A stretch of DNA of 64,000 nucleotides, from positions 1-64,000 of IMG/VR virus record IMGVR_UViG_3300037993_001242; one strand, given 5' to 3'. Within the stretch, counting starts at the first letter, position 1, and every line of letters begins with the position of its first letter. Below the pieces are notes generated by a model. That model had not been told where the DNA came from. It saw only the letters and a program-made list of their open reading frames with translations, and ran no database searches. The translations under genes were made by a program, and so were the position numbers. Source of the stretch: a virus. Shown piece by piece: positions 9,427 through 19,353 of the stretch.

Positions 9427-10309
9427 AACCACGATAATTAGCCGCCACAACTAAATTCCTAGTGTTGAAGAGTTTATCTTTGACAGTATTTGCATACGCC
9501 TGCGGCTGCTGGGCAATGGCAAGACCGCCCAAAATTTGTGAAGCGATATTGCTGTTACCATGACCCGGACGATGGACAAAGGTAAAGGAAAAATCCCCCG
9601 ACGTGGGCAGATTGAACCCACCAGATGCGCTACGCCGCCACGGCCCATTGAGTTTTACCCCAACTTCCTTCACGTAACCGATGCACGAAATACCGGGTTG
9701 ATTATCGTCAATGAACATCAAGTGCAACCAGCAAGTAACGGGGTTAGAAACACTGCTGGCTCCGGTTATAGGTGTTTGTACATCTGCCGTCTTTCCTGCC
9801 TTTATTTCCTGTGCATTTGCGTCTGTAGTTCCACTCTTTGGAATTTCGGCAGGCACATTTTGCGGCGGTGTATCGTCAACAAGTTGAGTGTCGCTGGCCG
9901 GAACTGCCGCGCAAGAAGTATTTGAATTTCCCAAGCTAATTGGCAAAATAAACGAGTGTAGACGTGCTGCTAACTGGAGCAGTGTTAAAGCTCCTTGCGG
10001 ACAAAAATCCGAATCTTCGGCATGTAGTCGAAATGAAAGCGGGATTTCAAGTACGTTGGTCTTCATGTACTGGTGTACGCCGTCCGGCATAACCATATTA
10101 GTCAGTACTTTGTACTCCGCCGAGCGCATCAACTCAATCGTATCCGGCATAGCCGGAAAATCTATCGAAACTGCGTCTTGATACGGTTGTGAGGTCAAAG
10201 GGTTTTTAACTTGAAACGGCGAACGTGTGGTTGAAAGTGCAACAAGCCTGCCGCAAAGCAGCGTATCATCGCGCTGGATGACGGGGTCAATGATGGTTTC
10301 AACAGCCAT
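9416..10309 (-). CDS. putative tail tube initiator/baseplate protein
   Basis: Directly downstream of tape measure; FPAMPDTIEL...IPLSFRL pattern like contractile-system tube-initiator domains. Confidence 0.45.
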   Translation of the reverse strand: MAVETIIDPVIQRDDTLLCGRLVALSTTRSPFQVKNPLTSQPYQDAVSIDFPAMPDTIELMRSAEYKVLTNMVMPDGVHQYMKTNVLEIPLSFRLHAEDSDFCPQGALTLLQLAARLHSFILPISLGNSNTSCAAVPASDTQLVDDTPPQNVPAEIPKSGTTDANAQEIKAGKTADVQTPITGASSVSNPVTCWLHLMFIDDNQPGISCIGYVKEVGVKLNGPWRRSASGGFNLPTSGDFSFTFVHRPGHGNSNIASQILGGLAIAQQPQAYANTVKDKLFNTRNLVVAANYRGFSD

Positions 10310-10325
10310 AACTTACTTACGTCGA

Positions 10326-12887
10326 TTAAGGTACTATTGCTGCCCAGTTATACCGGCCTACTGCACCGCCATCGCGCAAGTAGCGCAGTTCGCGAGCCTG
10401 CTGGTCAGCCTCAGCCTGACGTTTTTCTTCGTCGATGGCTTTGCGCGCTTCTTCCAGCGACCGTTTGGTGTTATCGGCAATTTTCTGCTGAAATTCCAGA
10501 TTGTCCTTGGTTTGAGCCTCTCGCTCCACCGGGGTCAGATTCAGCTTGCCAAACTGGGTGGCTGTATACTGGGCCAACCCCACCACCGTTTTCAATTGCT
10601 CACTAAATTTAGCTTTTTCAATGCCTCCTTCCTGCTTGGTCAAAATACCCTGTTTAACTTGCCGATCAATATACTGATAAGCCATGGCCATCACTTCTTG
10701 CGCCCGTGCTTTATCACCTGTACGAGTAGCCATGTAAATTTGCGCTTTGGCAGTATCCAAATATGTACGGCGCATATCCGCCAATCGGATATGCGTCTGC
10801 ATCTGATTTTCGAGCATTTTGGTTTGGGTCTGCCACGTTTTCACTAACACGAAGGTCACAGCACCCAGTGCGGCAGCTATAAGTCCTAATGGGCTAAGCA
10901 GTAGTGAAATACCCCGCAACAACCAAGTAAAACCACTTAGTAAAAAGCGTCCCACAGTTGCTATTAAACTGATTAAGCCTGTTTTAAAAAAAAGACCAAG
11001 TGCTCCAAAGCCCTGTGCCAGTCCGACCCAGCCCGCTTTCATGGTAGCTGTCAATACTTGTACACTTCTACCAACCCAACCTACCTTAGTTCCTAATTCA
11101 GTGGTGCTTCTAATCGAAATACCTTCCCACCTTTTTAACCAACCACCGAAGTTTTCCTTCCACACATTTCCAAACTGCTGACCGATGGAAGGAGCCAGCT
11201 TTTTTTCAATTTCCAAAGCAAATTCACCTTGTTTTAGTGTTTTTGGCGCGAATAAATCACCTTGAATTAAGTTTGGAATTACTTTTTGTTCCACCTGTTT
11301 TAAACCGCCAACTCCCTTCATAAGATTGGTGGCCGCAGTCTGAGCTACTTGCTCTTTTGCATAATTTTTAAGGCTGATCGCTGCAATCTGAGCCGCCAAA
11401 ACAACCTCATAAAAAGCCTTGGCCGCGCTCCGCAACTTCAGCACCGTCATCACGATGGCAATATCTATAGCTATAGCTGCCGCCACCGCCACAGGCTTAT
11501 ACTTCAAAATCGTTTGCAGCATGTTGGCAATGAAATTAGTCAGCAGGTTGATGCCCACAATAGCAGGATACAAAGCGCGTTCCAGCAACGCAGTAACGCT
11601 ACTGTATATGCGCTTAATACCTTCGCCCGCTGTTTGCATCTGCTTGTGAAAGCGCTCCTCCAGTGTGATTCGGCCATTTAACTGAGCGTTGGCGTTTTTA
11701 GCCGCGTCAACCATCAAGGACATCTGCGTGTAAGTTGTACCGAACATGTCCGCAAGCGCCTGCATACGTTGTGCTCTTTCCATCGAGCCTTCAGCACTCC
11801 CCGCCAGCATTTGATCTGCATAGCGGTTAAACGCATCCATTGCCTGCTGGATACCTGTTGCCTTTAAAAGTTGTCCGGGATCGCGTATACCAAGTATTCC
11901 AGCCTGCAATATGCCTTCAGGCGTAAGCATCTTGGCGATCATCTGGGTAAATTCATCGCCCATGCCACCCAAACGCTTGATGGCATCTTCGTACTGAGCA
12001 AGCGCCTGCACGATCTGAGGAAACGCCGGTGCTCCCCTTGGTTGAATGGCCAAAATCAGTGGCCCCAAGGTTTTAGCGATCCGTTCCACTTCATCTGCTG
12101 CCAACGAAGTCTGGTCAACCAATTGCGCCACCACATCCACGGTCGATTTGAAGGAAACTTTTACTTGGCGCTCGGTGACGATAGCCAGATCAGTAGCCGC
12201 GTGGACGGACATGCCCAAACCTTCGCGGAGCATGACCGCCGTCTTGAGCACATCCGCATAATCCTGTCGGGTCTGAAATCCGTAATTTACCAATTCGCGC
12301 TGCGCATCAGCCACCGACCGAAACACAATGCCCGTTTCCTTTTGTACCTGAAGATTGGTGTAAAACAGATCACGACGGCTTCTCCAATCTGCATTGGCTT
12401 TGATGGCCGATTCGTTGAAATCCTGACTAATGTAAAACAGCCGCCCCATAACAGCCGCCGTAGCCGTTAGGATACCAAAACGCAAAGCACCAACCTTGTT
12501 GATTTCCTGTTCCAACTTCAACTGAGCGTTCAACAGCGGCAGTCGACCTCTGGTTATATTTTCAATGCGCTCAAGTTGGGCCTCCGTTATCTTGCCTGCC
12601 TTGAATTCCTCCTGCGCCGCATTCAATTGAAGATAATGCACCGCCTGAAGCTGATCTCGTGTTTTTCCCAGCGTGGTAAACGCTTCCTTGAGGTTGCGGG
12701 CCATGGGTGAAAAAATGGATGCCTTTTCCAAACCCCTGAGCGTGACATCCACCACCACCAACGTCTTCAACAGGCTACCAAGTGCATCCGAAGTCTGCTT
12801 CGACGCTGACTGGCTTGCTTCCATGTCGTGAGCAATGCTGTGGACATGGTCTTTAATTTTGCCGAATTCTGTTGAAGCTTCAGGCAT
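10326..12887 (-). CDS. tail tape measure protein
   Basis: 853 aa helical, Ala/Gly/Leu-rich with hydrophobic central segments; tail module context. Confidence 0.85.
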   Translation of the reverse strand: MPEASTEFGKIKDHVHSIAHDMEASQSASKQTSDALGSLLKTLVVVDVTLRGLEKASIFSPMARNLKEAFTTLGKTRDQLQAVHYLQLNAAQEEFKAGKITEAQLERIENITRGRLPLLNAQLKLEQEINKVGALRFGILTATAAVMGRLFYISQDFNESAIKANADWRSRRDLFYTNLQVQKETGIVFRSVADAQRELVNYGFQTRQDYADVLKTAVMLREGLGMSVHAATDLAIVTERQVKVSFKSTVDVVAQLVDQTSLAADEVERIAKTLGPLILAIQPRGAPAFPQIVQALAQYEDAIKRLGGMGDEFTQMIAKMLTPEGILQAGILGIRDPGQLLKATGIQQAMDAFNRYADQMLAGSAEGSMERAQRMQALADMFGTTYTQMSLMVDAAKNANAQLNGRITLEERFHKQMQTAGEGIKRIYSSVTALLERALYPAIVGINLLTNFIANMLQTILKYKPVAVAAAIAIDIAIVMTVLKLRSAAKAFYEVVLAAQIAAISLKNYAKEQVAQTAATNLMKGVGGLKQVEQKVIPNLIQGDLFAPKTLKQGEFALEIEKKLAPSIGQQFGNVWKENFGGWLKRWEGISIRSTTELGTKVGWVGRSVQVLTATMKAGWVGLAQGFGALGLFFKTGLISLIATVGRFLLSGFTWLLRGISLLLSPLGLIAAALGAVTFVLVKTWQTQTKMLENQMQTHIRLADMRRTYLDTAKAQIYMATRTGDKARAQEVMAMAYQYIDRQVKQGILTKQEGGIEKAKFSEQLKTVVGLAQYTATQFGKLNLTPVEREAQTKDNLEFQQKIADNTKRSLEEARKAIDEEKRQAEADQQARELRYLRDGGAVGRYNWAAIVP

Positions 12888-12923
12888 ACTTGACTTTCAG
12901 ATTAAAACGTATACATTCATCTC

Positions 12924-13196
12924 ATGGATTTAGTAACACTGCTTCTCGCAACGCTCTGGCTGGGGCAGAGAAAACAGATTTCCATAGCAGAACAGTCACA
13001 GATGCCCCAAGCTGTGCGCTATCACATGCTGTACGGTGTAAAACCAGAATTGCAGGCTGTTTGCCGTGACCGGCGTCTTGACCCTGTACGCACTTCCGCA
13101 GGGCATCGTGAAGAACCGGCCCCCGCCGAGGCACGGATCGAATTGGCCAAATACCGAAAGGCTTTTGCCGCCGCCGGGCGGCGCTCCCCATGTTGA
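12924..13196 (+). CDS. hypothetical protein (possible tail assembly chaperone)
   Basis: 90 aa next to tape measure; function only guessed. Confidence 0.35.
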   Translation: MDLVTLLLATLWLGQRKQISIAEQSQMPQAVRYHMLYGVKPELQAVCRDRRLDPVRTSAGHREEPAPAEARIELAKYRKAFAAAGRRSPC

Positions 13197-13199
13197 AAT

Positions 13200-13652
13200 T
13201 TACTGCCAGTGTTTCCATGGCTTGGGCATGATGTAGTGCTTCGGTTGATATTTTTGGGCACCCTTTATCTGGATTTCTGGTTCCTGTTTTTTGGTGCCGA
13301 AATCAGTTGGAAGTACTTCGCCGGTTCTTTCGATCTCCGGCATCTTCGGCCATGTTTTGCGCTCAGGACTGCGGAAGTAATCCCGTGCTTTTAACCGTGT
13401 CCCGTGGAGCAAGGTACCCTTTTTCCGAGCCGCAGCTTCACGCTCACGCCGAAGTTTTTCCTCTTCGGCCATTTCACGTTCAGTTTCCAGCCCAGCTTCA
13501 CGCTCTTGGCTTTGTAGTTGTTTCTGGTGCTGCATTGCCAACTGCTGCGCTATTTCTCCACGCTCGGCTGCATAATCACGACCCATTGGATCGGAATAAT
13601 CCGGTACAAAGGCTTCATCCAGCAAACTGGCAATTATTTGACGTGCGTTCAT
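13200..13652 (-). CDS. tagged hypothetical protein (MNARQIIASLLDEA)
   Basis: 150 aa; shared N-terminal motif; coupled to the upstream gene. Confidence 0.7.
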   Translation of the reverse strand: MNARQIIASLLDEAFVPDYSDPMGRDYAAERGEIAQQLAMQHQKQLQSQEREAGLETEREMAEEEKLRREREAAARKKGTLLHGTRLKARDYFRSPERKTWPKMPEIERTGEVLPTDFGTKKQEPEIQIKGAQKYQPKHYIMPKPWKHWQ

Positions 13653-14236
13653 CAGCCATTCAACATTGTGTCGACGACTTCCTGCGCCAGTGATTCGTTT
13701 TTCTTTTTGGTCAATCCCGGTGAAGCTCCCATCGATCCCCCGCTTGGTTTTTCAGCGGCGTCAAAATTCCTGAAGCCCGCCTTTTTGCCTTTTTGGTTCG
13801 TGTCCGCCGCGACCATGTTGACGTAATCCTTGGGCTGGCGTTTCATCGAGGCCAGACCGCCCCGGCGGGCATAATGCTTTGCTTCCGGCGACATGTTGAG
13901 CTTGCCGATGTCGTCCTGCCCTTCGCTCATAGGCGATTCCTTCGGCTCCTCCGGCTCAACTTCTTCTTTTTTCTTTCCAAAGCCTTTGCCCATGTTCTTA
14001 CAAAACCCGCAAGTACAACCCACCTTATGGCGACCTTCGCTGATCATTGCCTTGATTTGCTCGACTGAGTCTTTTACGTACTTGGGCAGACTTGTTCGCT
14101 CAGTTTTAGCGAATTTGCGCAATTCACCTTTTGACATCGAAGTGGCCATTTGTTTTGAAGCTCCACGAAGCTCACTTTTTGGAGCGTGCAACGCAATGGC
14201 CGCCGCCTGTTGCTGTGATTTTGATAGTGCTGGCAT
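13652..14236 (-). CDS. DUF3008-like protein
   Basis: N-terminus MPALSKSQQQAAAIAL...LRGASKQM..SMSKGELRKFAKT matches the DUF3008 pattern; GTAGTTA 12 nt upstream. Confidence 0.7.
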   Translation of the reverse strand: MPALSKSQQQAAAIALHAPKSELRGASKQMATSMSKGELRKFAKTERTSLPKYVKDSVEQIKAMISEGRHKVGCTCGFCKNMGKGFGKKKEEVEPEEPKESPMSEGQDDIGKLNMSPEAKHYARRGGLASMKRQPKDYVNMVAADTNQKGKKAGFRNFDAAEKPSGGSMGASPGLTKKKNESLAQEVVDTMLNG

Positions 14237-14247
14237 ATAATCTTGAT

Positions 14248-14712
14248 TTAACTACACCGATGCTTTTCCAGATAATCCTGCAATTTTTTAAGGTGTTCCC
14301 CGCTTTCGAGCACAGCAAGATCACTGTTGCAGCCAGCACAAAGAAATTGTCTTGGTTTTCCTGTTTTATGATCGTGGTCTAAGGCTAATCTGTGCTTTCC
14401 CGGTGGCTTGTGGCATACAGCGCATAAGCCTTTCTGTGCTGTATAAATTTCAAAAGCTTTTTCGATAGTTAAGTTCATCGCACGTAGCGTTTCTAATCGA
14501 AATGGTAATGCGGCTCGTTTTTCTTTTTTCCTCTGGTGCATTCGCCGCAACCATTCAGGATGTCGGCTGAATGCTTTTAAAGAATTGGTATTATAGCATG
14601 GTTTACAACGTGATCGCGGATACTGCGCGCCGGTCTTGAGTGTGACCAGATAAAACTCAGAAATTGGCTTTGTTTTCTTACATTCTTTACACATGTAAGC
14701 GGCTTTAATCAT
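14248..14712 (-). CDS. Endonuclease VII-type homing endonuclease
   Basis: QKGLCAVC...LALDHDHKTGKPRQFLCAGCN; N-terminal CxxC...CxxC. Confidence 0.85.
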   Translation of the reverse strand: MIKAAYMCKECKKTKPISEFYLVTLKTGAQYPRSRCKPCYNTNSLKAFSRHPEWLRRMHQRKKEKRAALPFRLETLRAMNLTIEKAFEIYTAQKGLCAVCHKPPGKHRLALDHDHKTGKPRQFLCAGCNSDLAVLESGEHLKKLQDYLEKHRCS

Positions 14713-14785
14713 AAACTAAATACATTATGGTTTATGTAAAAAGAACCAGATTTTCAAAAAAGGCCAAAAACGTTAAATTTTACTG

Positions 14786-14814
14786 TTGACAATTGCCTAC
14801 CCACTGTATACATT
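14786..14814 (+). promoter_or_regulatory. sigma70-type early promoter
   Basis: TTGACA-17 nt-TACATT upstream of the DUF932 gene. Confidence 0.75.
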
Positions 14815-14893
14815 ATACGTACAGTTGGTAACGGAACCGCTGCCGGTACCGGCCCGTTAGCCGGATGAACAGACAACAAATAAACACTGTTAT

Positions 14894-16012
14894 ATGAAAA
14901 ACAATAACCTCATGGTCGCTCACAACCAGTGGGCCGTTCGGCCTGCTGATCAACGTTATCAAACCCTCGCTGCTCTCGCTGCCGCTGTAACCAATCGGCG
15001 CAGCATCTCGGCGTCGGTAGACACTCCCGTCGACAAGCTTCACGTCAAAGTCGAAGGTGACCGCCTCCTGCTTAATGACACCATCCGGCCCACCGAACCT
15101 ACCCACTGGAGCTTCGGCCAGCTTTGCGGCGTCTCGAAAGCTCCGGCATCCTATCTCCGCACTCTCTCCCCACAATTGGCAGCGGACAACCTCAATTACA
15201 GTATTGCTCGCGCTCCCAAAGCCCAGTTCAAGCTGATGACCATCAAAGACCCGGACGGCGGCATCAACACCTTGCAAGCGGTGACTTCCACTACCTACGG
15301 TCGTATTTGGGACGCCGACGTGGTGGATGCGGTTGGCCGCATTGTACAGCGCAGCAGCGGCAAGTTTCACAATCCACTGGCTTACGTCAAAGGTGGCAGC
15401 GGTGCCACTGAACCTAGTGGTCTCTATGCCTCCGATCACGACATTTTCGTTTTCATGATCGACGGCGGCTCCTTCCTCGAAGGTGGCGAACGGGCCAAGC
15501 TCAACCGTGGTTTCATTGTCTGGAATTCCGAGGTCGGCGACCGGACACTGGGCATTATGACATTCCTGCACAACGGCGTTTGTGGCAACCACATCATCTG
15601 GGGTGCCAGCAACGTCCAGCAGCTTCTGATCAAGCACACCAGCGGCGCGCCTGCCCGGTTCGACCGCGAAATCATGCCGGTTCTCGATGAATACTGCAAC
15701 GCCAGCGCCAAACCGATGGAAGACGCCATACATAAGGCCATGGGCCTGCCGCTAGTCAAGGTGCTCGATGTACCTGACACCAATGTTCTCGAACTGCCTT
15801 GGATGAAGACCTTCGCCAAGAAGTACAGCTTCACCGTGGGCGAAGTCACCGACGCCATTGAATACGCCAAGCGTGAAGAGGGCAAGTGCGAAACCCTGTG
15901 GGACATGGTACAGGGCCTGACCGCCTCCGCTCGCGAATACGAATATGTCGACCGCCGGTTCGATCTCGAAAAACGTGCCGGTAACCTGATGAAACTGGCT
16001 GAAACCAACTAA
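14894..16012 (+). CDS. DUF932 family protein
   Basis: TSTTYGRIWDADVV, GLYASDHDIFVF, NSEVG...VCGNHIIWG motifs. Confidence 0.85.
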   Translation: MKNNNLMVAHNQWAVRPADQRYQTLAALAAAVTNRRSISASVDTPVDKLHVKVEGDRLLLNDTIRPTEPTHWSFGQLCGVSKAPASYLRTLSPQLAADNLNYSIARAPKAQFKLMTIKDPDGGINTLQAVTSTTYGRIWDADVVDAVGRIVQRSSGKFHNPLAYVKGGSGATEPSGLYASDHDIFVFMIDGGSFLEGGERAKLNRGFIVWNSEVGDRTLGIMTFLHNGVCGNHIIWGASNVQQLLIKHTSGAPARFDREIMPVLDEYCNASAKPMEDAIHKAMGLPLVKVLDVPDTNVLELPWMKTFAKKYSFTVGEVTDAIEYAKREEGKCETLWDMVQGLTASAREYEYVDRRFDLEKRAGNLMKLAETN

Positions 16013-16029
16013 CCCTGAACGAACCACCG

Positions 16030-16056
16030 GGGGATGCCTTGGGGCATCCCCTTTTT
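16030..16056 (+). terminator. intrinsic terminator
   Basis: GGGGATGCC-TTGG-GGCATCCCC-TTTTT. Confidence 0.85.
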
Positions 16057-16063
16057 ATTAAAC

Positions 16064-16303
16064 ATGGCCTCTTACGTCGAAGATTTGGAGCGGATGATCG
16101 CCAGCGGCTGCCAAACCCCCGGCTGCACCCACAAAGACCATGGTACCTTGTTCCTGCACGGCAAGTGCCACTTCCGGGGCAAAGTCGAAGTCAGCTACAC
16201 CAAAGACTCCGGTGAAATTCTCGTGGCCTGTGCCGAATGTCAAAAGGAAATCGCCCGCATTGCCGTCGCCCGGCGGACACTTCCTGATACCATCAAAAAC
16301 TAA
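16064..16303 (+). CDS. small Cys/His-rich hypothetical protein
   Basis: MASYVEDL...CQTPGCTH...HGKCH...CAEC. Confidence 0.55.
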   Translation: MASYVEDLERMIASGCQTPGCTHKDHGTLFLHGKCHFRGKVEVSYTKDSGEILVACAECQKEIARIAVARRTLPDTIKN

Positions 16304-16519
16304 TGGCCGCCAACGTCAGCAAAGGAGACTCTTCGGACACCTTCAGCGGCCCAAACTGCGCATCCGCCAATTAAAACGGCTGGCGCACCTGACGCTGGAA
16401 GCGGCTGCCGCTAAACTTGGCTTGGGCAAGGAGCGCACCCGGCAATTATATTTCATTTACAAAGTGCCCCGGCAAAAACATATTCGGCGGTGTAGACGAA
16501 AAGCCGTTCTAACCCAAAC

Positions 16520-17983
16520 ATGATTACACTGACTGACGAACAGGAAGCCGTCATTAGCAAAGAAGTCAAACCGGGGGAAGCCCTTAAAGTGATCGCGCTG
16601 GCGGGAACCGGAAAAACCTCAACCCTTGTCGAGTACGCCAACGCCCACGACCATCCGATGCTGTATCTGGCTTTCAACAAGTCGGTTGAAATCGAAGCCA
16701 AGGAGAAATTCGGCCCCAACGTCCGTCCTAAAACATGGCACGCGCTGGCTTATGCCACGCATGGCCGACCTTATCGAAATCTGGGCAATCTGCGCTATTA
16801 TGCCGTAATGAAGTTTTTGAAAGCGGACGTATACGCCGCGACGCTCGTCTGTAAAACCCTCGAAAACTACCTCAACAGCGCCGACGAAGCGATCAGCCTC
16901 AAGCATGTCGCCCCGGACTTGTTGTGCAAATTCAAGGCGGGCTATGAAAGTCAATTGATTGACGGCGCACGGGCAGTCTGGGAACAGGTCAAGCGGGGTA
17001 ATGACCCATTTCCCATGACCCATAGCGGCTATTTAAAGCTGTATCAACTGTCAAAGCCGGTCATTCCCGCCAGAACCATCCTGCTGGACGAGGCACAGGA
17101 TCAGGCACCGGTAATGGTGGACATTGTACGCCAGCAGATGGCCAACGGCACCCGCGTCATATTGGTGGGTGATAAATTTCAGCAAATTTATTCGTGGAGG
17201 GGAGCCGTTGACGCCATGGACATGATTGACGCCCCCACCCTGTATCTGACTCAGAGTTTTCGTTTTGGTGACAAGATCGCCGGGGCCGCCAACAAGCTGT
17301 TGATCGACTGTCTGAATTGTGAAAAACCAGTAGTGGGCCACCCGGACATCACTGATGAACTGCCTGACACCCTGCCAAGCGACGAACCGTATACAATCAT
17401 TTGCCGCACCAACGTTGAAATTTTCCGGCAAGCTCTCCGCTGTGCCGTGGCTCAGACGCCCATGTGCATGGTCGGTGGCGACGGCTTCAATGCCTTTTTG
17501 GAAGCCATCATGGATGTCTTTTACCTGTACGCCGGGCTGTACGACCAGATCAAGGAACGGCAGATTTCCTTTTTCAAGAGCTTTAACGAACTGAAGGCTT
17601 TCGCTGAGGCCCGCCTTGACCCGGAATTACAGGCCCGCGTCAACATCATCAACGAGTACAAAGACGCGGTGCCCAACCACGTCGAGAACATCCGCAAAAA
17701 CATCACGGCGGCGCGACTGGCCAAGGTTTTCATCGTCACCGCGCACAAAGCCAAGGGCCTCGAATGGAATAACGTGATGCTGACCAATGATTTTGCCAGT
17801 CTTTACGACGAAGAGGACAATCTGTTGCCGGTCAGCACGGGCGACCCGGAGGAAGACGCCCGGCGGGGGTACAAAAAGACAATTCCACGGGACGAAGTAA
17901 ACCTGTTGTACGTAGCCGCAACACGCGCAAAACGCAGGTTGAAGCCCAACCACGATTTGCGCGTATTGTTAAATTACTACTGA
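16520..17983 (+). CDS. UvrD/Rep-like superfamily 1 helicase
   Basis: ALAGTGKT, LLDEAQD, VGDKFQQIYSWRGA, TAHKAKGLEW, LLYVAATRAK. Confidence 0.93.
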   Translation: MITLTDEQEAVISKEVKPGEALKVIALAGTGKTSTLVEYANAHDHPMLYLAFNKSVEIEAKEKFGPNVRPKTWHALAYATHGRPYRNLGNLRYYAVMKFLKADVYAATLVCKTLENYLNSADEAISLKHVAPDLLCKFKAGYESQLIDGARAVWEQVKRGNDPFPMTHSGYLKLYQLSKPVIPARTILLDEAQDQAPVMVDIVRQQMANGTRVILVGDKFQQIYSWRGAVDAMDMIDAPTLYLTQSFRFGDKIAGAANKLLIDCLNCEKPVVGHPDITDELPDTLPSDEPYTIICRTNVEIFRQALRCAVAQTPMCMVGGDGFNAFLEAIMDVFYLYAGLYDQIKERQISFFKSFNELKAFAEARLDPELQARVNIINEYKDAVPNHVENIRKNITAARLAKVFIVTAHKAKGLEWNNVMLTNDFASLYDEEDNLLPVSTGDPEEDARRGYKKTIPRDEVNLLYVAATRAKRRLKPNHDLRVLLNYY

Positions 17984-17986
17984 TCG

Positions 17987-18229
17987 TTAATCGGCAGGCC
18001 GCCGCTGCGCGCCCTGCACATTCGGGCCAACCGAATCACGGGTAACACCGGGGCCATTACGCCCCATGAACAGGGTCTGGTGCGTCCCGTACGTGTCCTC
18101 ACCGGCAAGCGTGCCTGCCGATGAAATACTGAGCGTGGGATCAGGAATGGTCGGCTTGCCCATGCCCGCCGCGTTCGGGCCGGGCCAATAGCGCGTGTTC
18201 AGGTCAATGATTGTATTCGTCGATGCCAT
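17987..18229 (-). CDS. small Gly/Pro/Thr-rich protein (paralog family, GPNAAG)
   Basis: 80 aa; shares GPNAAG with 18841..19119; GTAGTTA at 18256-18262. Confidence 0.6.
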   Translation of the reverse strand: MASTNTIIDLNTRYWPGPNAAGMGKPTIPDPTLSISSAGTLAGEDTYGTHQTLFMGRNGPGVTRDSVGPNVQGAQRRPAD

Positions 18230-18267
18230 AATTTTATCGGTTTTTTAACCTGACATAACTACACGCG

Positions 18268-18576
18268 TCAGCCCAGCAAATCCCAACCAGCCGGGGTACC
18301 CCGCGCCGGTTGAATCGGAGTTACGGTACACTCCGCTACACTGTTGTCTTCCGGCGAAAAACCGACATTGTTTGCATGTTGCAACAAAGCTTCTGACACA
18401 TCCGCAATAAGATTGCGCATACCCATTTCGTCAAACGGTTCGCCAAAGCGGAAGACGACTTCCATTTTGACGATTCTCGGATCGGGCATCTGTTTCAGAT
18501 AATCCTTGCCGCGTACAGCATCAGGATCATCCTTTGGCTGATGCTTTTGTTCGATCAATCTTCTGGCAGTACTCAT
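18268..18576 (-). CDS. tagged hypothetical protein (MSTARRLIEQ...DPDAVRGKDYL)
   Basis: Start reassigned to ATG 18576; shares the PD..KDYL motif with tagged proteins. Confidence 0.55.
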   Translation of the reverse strand: MSTARRLIEQKHQPKDDPDAVRGKDYLKQMPDPRIVKMEVVFRFGEPFDEMGMRNLIADVSEALLQHANNVGFSPEDNSVAECTVTPIQPARGTPAGWDLLG

Positions 18577-18577
18577 A

Positions 18578-18841
18578 TCATCCAAAAATAGGTTCCACTG
18601 GCTTAAATAGCAAAGCATTTGACCCGGCACTCGTCAAAGGGCCAACCACAACCGCCGCTGTGCATGTCGGGATAGGCGCACCGGCGCTATTGGCCCCGGA
18701 ACCGGGCAGGCCGTTCGGCCCGTTGTTTCCGCTGGTGACGGGTGCAACGATGAAGTTGTATCGATCAAACACAAACTGTTGCCGTACCGGTGGCGGCATC
18801 GGGTGCGGCTGGGCCAGTTGAAATGGTGTGGGGGAAGCCAT
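18578..18841 (-). CDS. small paralog MASPTPFQLA...
   Basis: Tandem paralog of 18841..19119; shared DNA CCAGTTGAAATGGTGTGGG. Confidence 0.65.
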   Translation of the reverse strand: MASPTPFQLAQPHPMPPPVRQQFVFDRYNFIVAPVTSGNNGPNGLPGSGANSAGAPIPTCTAAVVVGPLTSAGSNALLFKPVEPIFG

Positions 18842-19119
18842 TATGGATTGCCGTGATTGTTTCCGTAGTCCGGCGTCGCACTCCCGGTAATTGTGATCAC
18901 GGTCTCGGCTACTGCCAAAAACTTCGTTGGTGGCGGCGCGCCAGCCGCATTGGGGCCGCAGGCCGGGATGCCTTGCCAGAGACCGGAAGCAAGAGTCGTG
19001 CTGGCTCCGGGACGGGCGGGCGGCTGCGGAAAATTATACGGATCGTAAGTGTATACATTGGTCACGACGACCTGCGGCGCTTTCCGGCTGGCCAGTTGAA
19101 ATGGTGTGGGTGTTGCCAC
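18841..19119 (-). CDS. small paralog MATPTPFQLA...
   Basis: As above; YNF and GPNAAGAP conserved. Confidence 0.65.
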   Translation of the reverse strand: MATPTPFQLASRKAPQVVVTNVYTYDPYNFPQPPARPGASTTLASGLWQGIPACGPNAAGAPPPTKFLAVAETVITITGSATPDYGNNHGNP

Positions 19120-19122
19120 ACT

Positions 19123-19350
19123 CTAAATACCAGCAGGCCGCCGGGAGCGTACCTGACCGCCCAACACCCGCTTTAATTCCATCAAATACAACGACAGGTC
19201 GGACGAGGCAATGCGCTTTTGTCCCTGCTTCGTACCCGTGACAAAATACTGCTCGCCCATAACGTCGGCAGGCCAGTAAAAAATCCAGCCATCGGCACAC
19301 TGGATGGTCTTGAGCCTGCCTCTGCCTTCGATTAACTGTCTGGCCTTCAC
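19123..19350 (-). CDS. hypothetical protein (MKARQLIEG)
   Basis: 75 aa, GTG start, short version of the shared tag. Confidence 0.55.
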   Translation of the reverse strand: MKARQLIEGRGRLKTIQCADGWIFYWPADVMGEQYFVTGTKQGQKRIASSDLSLYLMELKRVLGGQVRSRRPAGI

Positions 19351-19353
19351 AGT

